Assembly: GCF_964204645.1 (NCBI RefSeq)
Contig: NC_134029.1
Coordinates: 21,818,950 to 21,882,949, forward strand
DNA: 64,000 bases
Source of the DNA: Tubulanus polymorphus
Taxonomy: Eukaryota; Animalia; Nemertea
Reading direction: 5' to 3'
In this document: positions 11,215 through 25,000 of the stretch, in pieces
How positions within the stretch are numbered: position 1 is the stretch's first letter
How the letters are laid out: each line of letters begins with the position of its first letter
Position numbers and translations under genes: made by a program
The notes under the pieces: model-generated
Told to the model about the DNA's origin: nothing
The model's database searches: none
Seen by the model: the letters and a program-made list of their open reading frames with translations, nothing else

Positions 11215-12216
11215 CAAAATGTCAAAATGATCTGTGCACGAAGTTGTCAAGTTTTACAATCTTTGTTGCTCCGTAAGCGACTACTGTATCGTGGCGCCAC
11301 CAACTAAGTACCGGTATGGCTGACATTATATCCATGACGGGAGAGACCTTTGGTTCCAATAGCGGGTTGCTCCGATTTGTTCTTATGCCGAGCTTGTCCG
11401 CAGCCTGAGCGAGATACATCGGATAACAAACAATGGGAATGCACCCAGTATTCCTGCAAGTAGATAGCATCCCCAGTACATTAATTTAATACTGAATTGA
11501 ACACTGAATTTAAAATTTAAACTTGCTGGATGAGTGCAAACCACTGACACGGGTTGAGCTCATGGGCATGGACCGGGCACCAACTCCTAGAAATGATAAA
11601 CCTTTTCTGTAGCCGTAAGAATTCTACATCTATCGTTCCTTTCGTGTGAATCCGGTTTGAATATATAGGTTGAATAAGTTGGCTCTGTGAAGAGCTAATC
11701 GAATCTAGCGTCCAGTCCAGGTTCACTCTCGATCAATTCATGACAATCTGTTTTCACATTTTACCATTTCCATTCATCAAATGCAATTCCGTCTCAAACT
11801 ACTTTGAAGACTTTGCCAAACGACTTCAAATTTCGCTTTAGAAATGGGTAAGACATAATCAAATTCGACGATTTGTTGTAAAGTTTCATCGACCTATAGC
11901 AACAGCGGCCCTTTGGAGTCAAAAGAGCTAGAACCTTGTACGGTATCACATGCCAAACGGATGAATATTGAAAATTTTCAGAGGTGATTGCTATTCAAAA
12001 AAATATTCAATTAAGCGTCTGCTAAAATCCAAATGTCAAATTAAGACTGTAGGTATTGGCATAGATATACCACATGCCAAATTTCAGATAGGATCAGAAT
12101 TGTAGGACATTTTTGCATATGGACATTGTTTGTGTGAGTTGTGATAAATCTAACAAAGTTACTTATGTAAATTCCTATTAGACCTTTTCATTAACAATCA
12201 CTAATGCCATATGTAG

Positions 12217-12319
12217 AGAGAATCCCACAATGATAGGGAAAAAGTCCGAAAGTGTAACTTTGAGATAGTAGTTTATTCAACGTTTAGACTATATCCTTAT
12301 AGTCATCTTCAGGAATAAA
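12217..12319 (-). mobile_element. 103-bp Penelope-like retroelement fragment with a 14-bp target-site duplication
   Basis: AATGCCATATGTAG is duplicated at 12203-12216 and 12320-12333. The insert begins with a hammerhead motif. Confidence 0.75.
12272..12319 (-). ncRNA. Minimal type I hammerhead ribozyme motif (G12 mutated to U, probably inactive)
   Basis: UUUAUUC-CUGAAGA-U-GACUAUA(AGGA)UAUAGUC-uAA-ACGU-U-GAAUAAA: perfect 7-bp helix I, perfect 7-bp helix II, CUGANGA core and palindromic ACGU helix III. Confidence 0.7.
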
Positions 12320-13362
12320 AATGCCATATGTAGCATTTTCAAATTTGATGGCCCATTGTTAGAAGAAAGTGCAAAAGAAACAACAGGCGTGGTGTTACTG
12401 GTGTTACTGGAACTGTGTGAATAACAAGCCTCACGTAGTCACAGTCTGTTCACTTTCCAGTTATAAAGGGCGGTTCATTAAACATTGATGGTATGTGTTA
12501 CAAACAACGAGTAGAAATTACAGCTCAGAGCAGCATAGAACAACGGGAACCTTAAATAGTGAACAAGGTTCTAAAGACTGGGAATGTTATATACTTTAAA
12601 GTAGTTACAATTGGATTATTCAGAGAACATAATTTAAAGGTAAAAGGTTCTTAAAGGGAATGAAATAGTCTTGATGCATCAGAAATATTATTTTGAAAAT
12701 CTATTTTGTTTTTCGATTAACTTTTATAGCATAGAATATAGATTTCCAAACTTTAATCAGTTTGGGTTCATAGTTTTGCACATTTTTGGACCCGGTTGAA
12801 CAACAGGCCTTTAGCTGTGTTACACTTGTCTTAGCCATTACATCATTTCTTTGTAATGATGTCCTAGAATATAACTTCGGGGAGGGCAGAGAAACCCAAA
12901 AAGGACATGTCTAAAGGATATATGTAGCAATGATATTTGCAGAAAGGGCACTTTTCCAAATTTCTGGGGGGGGGGGGCAATGCTCCGTGTAAATGAAAAT
13001 AAATTTCTTTCTCTATTTCTTATAAAAATGTTATAAAAATTATATTTTTGCAAAAATATCTAATCGGTAGAAATTCAACCTGTTAATTTCACCACTAAAA
13101 TTATATAAACCTTTCATCTTTGATTCGGCTTTTTCAAACAATTCAATATTTTATTCTCAATAAGTTTCAAAACAACAAATACAACAAATTGAGGATTGAT
13201 TATTCAATTATTTCAATTAATCAAATTCCATCTGAATGTTCACATTAAGTGAATTATTGAATAAAAAAAAATTTGGCACGTGTTATCTATCAACTTCTCT
13301 AGCACAGTCCCATATTCATTGAAAATAGAAAAGAGACCGGCGGCATAGCAGTAGCGGCGTCG

Positions 13363-13375
13363 GTAACTTGGCAAC
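13363..13375. promoter_or_regulatory. RFX X-box-like motif GTAACTTGGCAAC near a putative ADGRV1 5' UTR exon (donor CCG|GTGAGT at 13495)
   Basis: Strong GGCAAC half-site plus an imperfect second half-site, in a locally GC-richer patch. Confidence 0.4.
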
Positions 13376-14381
13376 ACCCATCAAAGTCAGGCTAATGATT
13401 AAATGATGAGGTATACGTATGGTTAGTATTGATTTCCTTGAGACACGGTGTAAGCCACTTTAGACCGAACACGGTGTCCCGGAATCATATACCGGTGAGT
13501 TTCATTAATGATTGATTTGACTCCACGATCCCGACGATTCACTGGGGTAATTATTCTATTAAGATTCATACGCATGATCGGTTATGGTTTTATTAGGCGT
13601 ATGTAAGGGAATTTTTTGCGGCGATATATCGCGCGCGCTCTGCTACTTCACAGGTCTAAGTATTGTATGCAATATTGATAGTATGCATTGATTTATGATT
13701 GTGATCTGAAGATGTCTATAACACGATTCCTCAACTGGTTTTCTATAGGGCTACTAACCGTCTCTGAATTACTACATTACAAATACGATGTTCCGAATTT
13801 AACATCAAATTTTCATGTTTCAGAATATTTATTGTACGTACTGAAAGTCAAAGTGAAAATCATTTGATTTAGGCTATAGTTTTTTCTCTTTGCGTTTGCC
13901 TTTCTGTTTTCTATAAAAAATTGATAGGTATATTTCATTCTCTCTTGTATCTACTTCTTATTCTGTGATTTAATCATTTATGATTTTTTTTCAAAAAATA
14001 ATTCCAATGGTATATAATTCTATAATTCGATATAATATATTTAATGCCATTTGTCTTACGGTTTGTAGGTTGCCATTATTCAAATAAAATGTGCTTTTGA
14101 TATTGGTTGAAGTGAAAAACTATCAAGGTAGGATACTTCTTCCTTATTCAACTAATATTTAAGCATTTATTCATTCCTGGGTAGGCCTATTTATTAGTAA
14201 TATTATGTGCCTTATTTCTTTATCACTTCCACTTGTTTTCATAACCCACCTTTCGAATTTTTGGAAAGTCAAGCGCCATTGGAATATTTAGGTTAAAGGA
14301 TGTTTTATAAAAAGAAACATCAGAACGGTCTGTTTAACATCAAGTTGATCGGACTGATTGATTTTTGAGCCAATATGTATT

Positions 14382-14439
14382 GATTTCTATCGTTTCTATT
14401 GATGAATCAGATTTCTATCGATTCTATTGATGAATCAGA
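14382..14439. repeat. Two-copy tandem duplication of about 28 bp
   Basis: GATTTCTATCG(T/A)TTCTATTGATGAATCA x2. Confidence 0.8.
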
Positions 14440-15092
14440 GTTGGGGGTAAAAAACATACAAATCAGCAATTATACTACTATAGGATGAATTCCAACTTGA
14501 TTAAGAAACATTTCATACAGAAAAAATGAACTAATTTCTCTGCCTTGGAAATATTGTACCAGTAAACAGATATTTGGCAAGATTAGGATTAAGATTTTCA
14601 ATTTGATTGAAATTCATGTTTAACATCAACAGTAGTCTGAATCTGCAGCCCTTACGCTGCCATCCATAACTCAGTGCAATTGGGGCAACCGAAAAGTGCG
14701 CCAAAACGGATATGCCAACATATATATTTTCAACAAGAGAAACTAATTTTATAGAAAGTTTCAGACAAAACCATGTACAGAAACATGAAATAAAATATTT
14801 TTATGGCACCCTCATAAAGAACAAAATATGGAAGGTACCCTTAAGCACCTTCTTCAGAAAGGAAACTAAATATCAAAACTATAAGAGGCTGTCTGTGATT
14901 AGACCTAAGGCTTTCTTTGATGGTAAATAATGATACGCATTATGTTGGTATCCTTTTCTCTGCAGCAAAGTATTGCATATTGCACAATTGCAGGATTATT
15001 TACCTAGTAAATGTTTGAATACAGTTTTGACTCACATGCAGAAAATTCAGAAAAACTTGGCTAAGTGAGTGTAGTGATATCTGTTTGTCGGT

Positions 15093-15106
15093 GTCGTCAT
15101 GACAAC
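15093..15106. promoter_or_regulatory. RFX X-box GTCGTCATGACAAC about 1 kb upstream of the ADGRV1 ATG
   Basis: Exact fit to the X-box consensus GTHNYY-AT-RRNAAC. Confidence 0.55.
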
Positions 15107-15609
15107 CCGATAATTACCGGTACTTGTACTTGTCGACAAAAGTAAAAGTGGAGTTTTTAATCAATAGTTTGACATGAAAAACATGATTGGAGCTGTTTAT
15201 ATATATATAGAAATGATATTTCTACTTGCCTGAAGGATGAACCTTGCTGTTAGATATATGAAAAAGATCCCCCTAAAAAAATGAGAATATTTTGATCAAA
15301 ACCTATTTATTAAAACTTTTGACTTTCTTTTAGTATTGACATACTAAAGGAATGTCAAGAATATCAAATAAGGAATATCAAGTTTTATGATTAATCTTGA
15401 AGATTTCAAGTGGAATGGTGATGTTTATGTGTATAGAGTTGTTCTATATACTGATAGTATTGTAAAAGTCAACCTGTCACCAACAAGATTTTCCGCGATA
15501 ACAACAGCTTTTCATGTGTACTGAGAATTATACATCAAAAATAGAATTCGTTAGAAATCAATATCAGTAAAAAAATCTGTTCATTAAGAGATATCTAATT
15601 CTATCAGGC

Positions 15610-15704
15610 TAAATGGATATTCGATATAAGAAAAGTGTTTCATAGCAATGATTTTTTGGTTAAATGGATATGATATAAGAAAATTATTTCATAGCAATGA
15701 TTTT
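15610..15704. repeat. Two-copy tandem duplication of about 50 bp
   Basis: TAAATGGATAT..GATATAAGAAAA...TTTCATAGCAATGATTTT x2. Confidence 0.75.
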
Positions 15705-16068
15705 GTTTTGTTGAGTATTTAAGAAAATCTAAAAAACAGGCCTGCTTTTGTTTTTGAAGACATTTACATATGAGTGGACGCCTATAAATCTGAGTTTAAG
15801 ATAACAATGAATATTGGTTTCAGCGAACATGTCCCTGTTCAGTAAAGCAATCATCATGATATGATTTATTTCCCAATGGCGCGTGAATTTTATTGGTTGC
15901 TTGTATTCAATATTGATGTTTTCATTAATTGCGCATTCATTTCCCGATGAGAGAAGGAAATTGCTGTTAGACATACGGTTTCGTCTTGGAAATTGACTAA
16001 AAATGTCATCCATGACTTCTTCGCGCTGGAATCTCATAAAAAACTGACTTCTTTTGAATAATTTCAGG

Positions 16069-19000
16069 ATGAAGATGAATCTATCGGTGCTATCGTATTG
16101 TCTCATTGCGGTAGTTTGCTCGTTAAGCGAAGCCGCTGTCATTGTTGATATGGTGGACTCCAGCATCACTGTCAAAGAAGGGGCACAATTTTCGATTAAG
16201 ATAAGAAAAACTGGTATTCCCGCTGCAGATGTTTTCGTAGTTGTTGAGGTATGCTTAAAACTAATCAGTATACCAACAATTTTATTCATCGTGTGATTTA
16301 TACTTACGGTATTGATTTTTTTTACGTGATATTTTTCTTCAGTTGACGGGCCCGCAAAATACGAGTGATTTCGTCAGTAATAGTCAGCCCCATGTTTTCA
16401 AGAAAGGCGACACGACTACGGAAGTGTCTTTGACGTTGACCACAACCGATGATACCGTGCCGGAAAAAGCAGAAACTTTCTTGTTTCAATTGCGCGTAAC
16501 GTTAGGTCCAGCGATTGTCGGTAATGTACCGACCGTACCGGTCACCATACAGGCTAATGATGATGCATTTGGTGTATTTGGTTTTGATGTGGTCAGTGTT
16601 TCTTGTCCAGTTTCCTTAGATTCTACAATTTGAATGTTTCGGAAAAATCCAGTTATTAGAGTTAATATTTTTAGGTTTCACCTGTTGTGGTAACTGAACC
16701 ACAAAATATGAACCAGGCACCAGTTTCATTGGCTATAAAACGATCTGGCGGACAGTTCGGGAAGGTCATCTTAAATTTCCAGGTAAATCCTTGTTTACGA
16801 CCAAATAAACTATCTCTTCCAATTCTAAATCGTCATTTCGGAAAAGTATTTGAAAATCTGTTTATTGATTAGATGAATGCATTATCGTTTTGTAGGTTAC
16901 ACGGATATCTGGAGACACAGGGCCAGTGACTGATGATATCGCACCAGTATCCGGCACTATCATATTCACCGAACTAGAAAAACAGAAGAGTCTTGATCTC
17001 AATATTCAACCAGATTTAGTAAGTGAATTCATACTATAGCAACATTCACACGAGATCCTGGGCTTCTGAAGTACCATACTTGTGTGGTGCTGAATTTGCC
17101 AGAATACCGCACTTACAGAGCGAGTTGTGTTCACCATGATTTGGCCTGCTTTAGTTATGCCGATATTGAGGGTGATTTCAAGATGGCGTTTCCATCATCG
17201 TTTTCTTGTGTATATTTCAAATCCATTCTTAACCATTCTTAACCAAATGGCAATTTGAATTACCAATTTGATGTTACATTTGTACAACTGTAAATGTAGC
17301 TAATGTGAGTGAAATATATTGTTAAAATTGAGCGTCAAATCATGTGAATACAACCGCCCATATATCTTCATTCTTTTTAGTGGCTTCTCATGTTAAAAAT
17401 GTTGGGTGCGGATTCAGTTTCCACACTTAGTAAGTCCGGTAATTCAGTACGGTACTGAATAAATAGGCGTTGAATAATGCAGCCGTATGATTGCTCAGTA
17501 CCATACTGAAGTAGTCGTGGGGACGCCGCTTATGACAAACACCGCTAGTATATGGTCAATAGTGAACGTGACAATGTTTGGATATTTTTTTTCAGATACC
17601 CGAAGGAAATGAAACTTATTCGGTGAACCTTTCTCTAGCTACTCAAGGTGCAAGAATCGATAAGCCATCAGCGGAAATTATCATACTATTTAATGACGCT
17701 CCAATTCATCTGGGCAAGGTGTGTAGATTTGCATGAAAATATTAAAGAAATCGGTCTAAGGTGTTTGAAAACTTGTCAGGCCTTTATTATTTTACTATTC
17801 ATTTTCAGGATGTGTACATCGTCAATGAAGCCCAGACCGGTACAGTGCCGGTGAATGTTTTAGTTTATCGAGGTCTGGCGGCGGACACAATTACTCCGAT
17901 AGGACCGGCTAAAGATGTCGCCACCGTTAATTACTTCGTACTCTCGGGTTCGGCGGTGTATGGTCAAGATTTCGTCGCGTCGAACGGAACCGTGCGTTTC
18001 GATCCCGGAATCCGCGAACAAGTCATCCAAGTTTATATACAACCCGACGCGATACCCGAAAACACGGAAAAGTTCAGCGTCGTCTTAGCGAACACGATCG
18101 GCGACGTAGTTCTAGTTTCTCCGAACGAGACGACGATCATGATCAACCCGAACGACGATCATAACGGAGTGATCATGCTGAAGTCGTCTCAGAGAGCGCC
18201 ACCTGTTGTTCGCGTGAATGAGGATATTACATCAGTCGTGAGACCATTTACGGTCGAACGGAAAGGCGGCGTATTCGGAAATGTTACCGTTAAATGGCAG
18301 CTTACTGCTGCGTCTACCGTCTCCATCACTGATTTTACCCCGCTTAACGGCGTCGTGACATTCCTACAAGGAGAGAGAGAGAAAGTTATAACGTTGAACG
18401 TCATGCAGGACGTGTTACCCGAGGCGGCCGAACTGTTTACATTCTCGTTGTTGAATATGAGCGTAACGGGCGGCGCTCGCGTTGAACATCCGTTTCACGG
18501 TAGTTTGATCATCGAGGATAGCGACGCTATGTACGGCGTCATTGAATTCGGACCTAACAATCAACAAAAACTCTCAACTGTAAGTACCGAGTAGCTGATA
18601 TCTTAGTCGATTTATTAACTATTTCATTTGATGGAGTCTTTTCTTCTCTTGAAATTATCATCAAATTATTACCTATACGATCATGTAGCTTGAAATTCTT
18701 TCTATCTTATTTGTAGCAATCGAAATTAAGGAAAATAGAAGTTTCTTTCCAAAGAACTGGAGGACTCAACGGCGAAGTTGAAGCAAATATTTCGGTATCG
18801 TATACCTCGACATCGGCTAATAAGATTTCCATCCAAGGTCAGTGGCAACATTTCTAATTTGATAGCATGTATATGTATGTACCAGTTCAATTTCGTTGCT
18901 TAACTTCTACAAAATGATGAATTTGATTTTCAGATATTCTGTTAAATGGATATAACGACACTATCGTATTTGCGAATGGTATTTCACAGCGGACGGTTGT

Positions 19001-22000
19001 CATGCAGATTAAGTCATCTGCCTTCCTCAGTCTGAATTCCTATTTCACCATGAAGATCCTCTCAGTCCGACTCCTAACATGTATGTATTTTCTTCAAAAT
19101 CCCTTGAATCGTCTATCTACGCGGTATTTTGTGTTAACACGTGAATATTTCTGCCCTTTCAGCTGTTTCCTTGGGTCCATATAATAGCCCTATGGTTGGC
19201 TCAGTTTCATCGGTTACGATCAATGTAACTGCTGCTGATGCAAATGGCGAAATTGGATTCGAAAGCACGAAAGATATCGTAGTTGATGAACCAACAACAG
19301 GACCTTTATCGGTAAGAAATTATTCTAATTATCAATCGTTATATTTAACTAGTAAATTTGAAAAGATTTCCTTGGAATTATAAAGCTAGCTTCGAGATTC
19401 AAGAAGCCCGGTTTATATTAAACATGTTGTCACTTATGTTGTCACTTCAAAGTATTTTGAATTTTAAAATGGAATCAATTTACAGTTGAAACTTAAGATA
19501 GTTAGAGCTGGTACTAATGGAGACTCGATTGTCTATTGGACAATGGTACCAACAGGATCAAATTCTCAATATGTGACTGCTCAAGATACGGGAGCCACAT
19601 CTGGATCGGTAACATTAATTTCTAGTAAGTGAATGAAGATAACTTATCACCTTCGGATTCTCATAATGAGTTTATCTTATAAGTTCATCATAATTGCACT
19701 TTTGAACAGGTAATCATGAAGCATTCATCGATGTTGCCATTATGCCGGACAACGTTCCGGAAACGAATGAAGAGATTTACATTACTTTGACGTCTGCTGA
19801 ACCATCGGCCGTGCAAAAACTGAGAGTCGGTGCGACGCAAGTTAAAATCATCATCCGCGAGAACGATAACCCAGGAGGAATCTTTCAATTCAGTCCAGCT
19901 ATGCAAAACACGTACAGCGTTCAGGTTCGTAGTGATGTATTTCTTATTTCTCTGAGAAACCGTTTCCTGCTGACTCAAGGATGCCTTTAATGTGGCTGGA
20001 CCCTTCACAACGTCTGGAAAAATTGCTTTTTCCTGAAGAAATTTTTAGAAACGAAAATTAAATCCACATAGGCACTGAAAAGGCCAGAAGAGTCCTTTGC
20101 CCTGAATTTTTGTACAATTTTAAAATTTGTAATGATTGTGCCAATGCCTTGCGCCTGCAGTGTGTTCACCTTTGCAAATCAAGTGCCTGTTCCAATTTTC
20201 AGGTCCAACCCTTTGAAAATTCCAAAATACGCCCTCGTGTCTTTTTTATCTATCATCAATCTACCCATCGTTATATTTCATAGGAGGGTCAGACGCCGAT
20301 TTTTATAAGCGTCGTTCGAACCGGAGGTTCGCTGGTCACTCGTTCGGTCCTGTACGGAATGACACCGGATGGAAGTAAAGATTTCTACGGTGCGAAAGAC
20401 GTGCTGGTTTTCAAACCGGGCGAAACTGAAAAGAACGGAACCATCTTATCGGTTGAAGACCAGATTCCAGAGGTCAGTCATTCGGTCATGTTTTGATATT
20501 GTGTGACATCATTATTACAGTGCATAAAACTTGGATTTATTTCTAATTACTTTTACCGTTGAATATTTCAGTTAGCGGAAAATTTCTCACTTATTCTCCA
20601 ACCCTATGGAAGTACACCAGGCACTGTTGGAGCTCGTAACAAAATAAACATCACCATTCAACCGAGTAATGATCCTAATGGTATACTGGAGTTTGATCCT
20701 CAAGTTACTTCAATTTCAATAGGTATTTAATACATTTGAATCTTATGTGCCAATAACTGGTGACTAAAGGGTTAAGCGAACATGGTTTTCCTGGATTTAA
20801 TTTTTCCAGCTGAAAGTAAAGGACAACAAATAGCTGTAGCTGAAGTTCCAGTGGTTCGCGGCGGCGGAACGTTCGGCCAAGTAACGGCGCAATGGGCCTT
20901 GTCCAATCAGAATACAAACGACCTAACTCCTGTTACTGGATCAGCCCTTTTTCAAGATAAACAAAAGACCGCTTTGATTACCATACAAAGTGTCCCAGAT
21001 CAGGTAAAAATAATCAAACAAGAATGATTTTGTCTGACTTATATGTACCCGGTACTGTTTGTTAAAAGTTTTAAGCTTGTCTATGTTAAAGTTTATTTTG
21101 TTGTTTAGTCTTCAAAACTACGAGTTAAGGTTTGTAAAATACTTTTTGAAACTATGGTAAAGGTTTGATCATAGTAGGCTACTGGCAATAACTTTACGAT
21201 AACATGACATTGATTCTGGATGTAGGCTACTTCAGTTTTGGGATTTTGTTTCTTTCTCCCTTGGGAAGTAGTGATAGCAAACAATCTTGATTGCATTTAG
21301 CATGATTCAATTAATAGATCATAGGTCTTACATTTCTCTTTCTATGTTATTTTAGATACCAGAACCTGATAAAGTACATGTATTAACACTAACTGCAGCG
21401 ACTGGAGGTGCAAAAGTCGGAGTCAGGAAAACAATTCAAATAATCATTCGCCAAAACGATGACGCGATATCTTTCAAAGGTAAGTTTTATTCCCTAACAA
21501 TTTAATTGTGCCGTGTCCATGAGAAATTCTTAATCGAATAGCTGTATTAAATTTGCAGAACCTTTTAACATCGATACTGCTGAACCCAGTATCGCGAGTT
21601 TGACAATCATGCGTAAAGGCAATGCTTCGACGACGGCCTCGGTTAGCTATCAAACGGTTGATGGATCGGCGAATTCCACGACTCTCGATTACACGCCGAT
21701 TGTTAAAAGCACTGTCACGTTCGCTGCCGGTGAAACCGAGAAGGTAATCAACGTGACGATCCTCGACGATGGATTACCCGAAGCACGCGAATCGTTTTAC
21801 GTCGATCTTTCGGAACCGACCGGCGACGTCGTATTGTTCGGAGTTCGACGCGCGACCGTCACGATTCTACCGAACGACGTATCGGCGGGAATATTCAAAT
21901 TCGCTCCTCCGCTGTCGGTGACAACTCAAGAAGGAAAACCAGCAACTTTTAAGTAAGCATTCATTTCTCTTTCCTCTATAACATGGTCGTTTCATCTAAA

Positions 22001-25000
22001 GCATGTTGATTTTCATTTTCTTTCAGCATTCTACGCGAGGGTGGAAAGTTTGGCGCTGTCGCGATTGCTTATTCAATTTGTGACAACAACTCGATTCCAC
22101 TAAAACCGGACAACGTGGACTTCGTATCGGTTTCTGGATCGGTCACGTTTCTGCAGGGCGAAGACTTGAAAACATTAAATCTGATTCCGGCTGCAGACGG
22201 CATACCGGAATTTCAAGAAAATTTTCGAATTAAGCTTGATAACATTACGGGTAAGAATATTCAAATTTAACGTTTTACATAATTTATGCAGAGAATGTTG
22301 AAATGATGTTTCGCTTCTGTAAATATTGCGTTTTAGTCGTTAATGAAACCGACCAAACATTAGCAGTGTTGAATACGAAAGATCTGATCGCTGAAATTAT
22401 TGTCACGCAAAACGACGATCCAAATGGTGTGATCGGATTCCAAACGCAATCTCGCGAACTTTCAATCGCCGAAGATTACTACCCGGGCGAACAGACGAGT
22501 TCGGTTGCAAACTTCACTGTCGAGCGAGCTATGGGGCTGTATGGGTCCGTGCAAGCTGTATGGATGATATTCTCCGATAAAGGATCAAATCTTCCAAACA
22601 TCTATGACCTTCTGTTCTTATGTTCGCCGGCGCCGGCTTTGCAACCTACTCCGGCTAAAGCACGTCCGAGTACGGGCACTGTTGTGTTGGATTTCAATGG
22701 ATCACAAGGTAAGCAATCTTTAAAATCAAATGCTCGTCCATCAATGTACATGAACAATAATATTCCATGTGCATGTGCATCATATGCAATAGATTTGTCA
22801 ATATGTAACTTTGGGAATGAAGTTCCTGAGTCTTTGAACGGTTCTCTTTGGTTTAGGTGCATTTTGTACACTAGCTGCTGAAGCTCAGCCTCCGTCTACT
22901 GATGTCATAAATGGGTTCTCTATCAGTGTTTGGATACAGCCAACTCTCACTACCAAAGGATACGTCGTCGCGAAAGTTGACGCTAATGACAGATTATACT
23001 TCGGCATCAAAGTTATGACAACAGCAACTCAGTTGATTGTTACGTATATGTACTCAGTTTCTGGGAATCAGGTATTTCAACATGTGACTTTTGATACAGA
23101 TGAATTGGTATGCATAAGATAAGCATCTTGATCGAATTGTCATTTCAAATTTTGCAGAATATTCAGACAACAGCACTGACTGCTACTGAAAGTATTGTTG
23201 ATGGGGCATGGCATAATATTATATTGACTGTTGGTGGTGGTGTCGGTACTATGTATCTAGATGGCCGGAAAATAAGCAGCAGGTAATATTGACAAAAGTT
23301 ACCACACATGAACAATAAAAATGGATTAAATAGTGTTTTTATCATGGCAAATATTTCCATTTCAGCAATCTTGGTGTTTTCACCGTGCAGTATGGTAGTG
23401 GCAAGTTTTATGTGGGAGCTTCGTCGCCCAACGATACCGAGAAGTTTGTTGGTCTGATGCAAGATCTTCTGTTCTTCAGTCGAAAACTTGAAGCTGGGTC
23501 AGTCATGAGCAAAACAACAGATTATTCTCTTCTGTATCTTGACTTAATTTCTTAAAAATGTTGTTTTATTTGTTTGCAGGGAAATAGCTGAAGTTTACTC
23601 GATGCCCAGTCGTAAGGATCTAGTTGCGACATCGGGTTACGTTACCTTTGACAAACAAGTCAGCAAACGATACATCTCGACGTCGTCTGTGCAGGATACC
23701 GAGGAGGAGAATGACGAGGTTTTCTCGGTTCGACTGATATCCGCTAAAGGCGGGGCTAGGATCTCTAAGGTTAATTATGCCGGCATACTGAAAAGTGAGT
23801 ACTTGATAATAACTTTAAACAATCTTTAAAGAAATTGTTTGAAAATGTAGAATTTTCTTGAAATCTAGTACTGAAAAGTGACAATGCGAATGGATTGTTC
23901 GGATTCAATGGTTTGTGTTCGCCGGCTGTATCAACTACGGAAGCGGATACTCTAATGTGTACTGTCGTTAGAACTCGAGGTAACCACGATACGGTGACAG
24001 TTACCTGGATGATTACTCTATCGAATCAGATAGATGTCGCTGCTGAGACTGACTTTGTTAATAATACGGGAACTATCACATTTTTACCCGGAGAAAGACA
24101 GAAGGTAAGTTTCTTTCTTAATTGATCGATTTTCATGGTTCCTCCTGTACCGGAAAATTGGGAAAAACTTTGAAATTTTGAAATAATTTTCCCAGTTTGG
24201 AAATACTTGGGAATTAGAAATTTTCCTTTAATGCAGGAAATATTTGGGAAATTGATTTAAATTTCAGGCATAGCATTTGCCAAGGCTAACTTTCTTCAGC
24301 AATTTCTCTTGAAAATCATTTCCATTTAGGAAAACTGAAAAATTAGCCATACTTGGGAAAAACTTGGGAAAAATTGTGATTTGTGTAACTGTAGGAACTA
24401 CGGATTATGATAAAATAGTTTTGCGATATAAATCGACATTTGCCTGTACCTTTATGCATATATACATAAATTCTTGATAGCTAGAATTGTCCTCTTTGAT
24501 TTCAGACATTCGACATAAAAGTTTTTAATGATAATATTCCTGAAGTCGTTGAGAAATTCGACGTTGTGTTGAAATCTGCGTTATCGGCTGACCAAAAAAT
24601 CGGTTCTACAAACACCAGTGGTGCGAGCATCGATCCCGCAAAACAGATCACCCAAATTACGATTGCCGAAAATGATTTTCCATATGGATTGCTTCAGTTT
24701 AGTGAGAACACTACGGCCCCGGTACCAGGATCAGTTATTCAGCCTATCGATAAACAACCTCAGGTTCGTTGAATTAAAATTTGATTAAGTTGTCGGTAGT
24801 TGTTGTCAAAATGCTATTTTAGTGATAGATTTGAAGTGACAAGCATATTTCAGACCAGACTAGTAACTACTCTTTTAAGAGTAGTAACTACTCTTTTGAG
24901 AGGTCAAATACTCCCAAAAACATCAAAATACTCCGAATCCGAATGACTTCCAGTTCATTTTCAATTAAACTACTCATTTTGATGTTACAGTGCTCTCAAT

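Noticed and set aside
14948-14956. GTATCCTTT, the U12-type donor consensus
   Set aside because: No associated exon or U12 branch point was found, and a 9-mer is expected by chance in 64 kb on two strands.
15729-16289. 186-aa minus-strand ORF
   Set aside because: Antisense shadow of the first ADGRV1 coding exon extending into AT-rich intron; no recognisable protein features.
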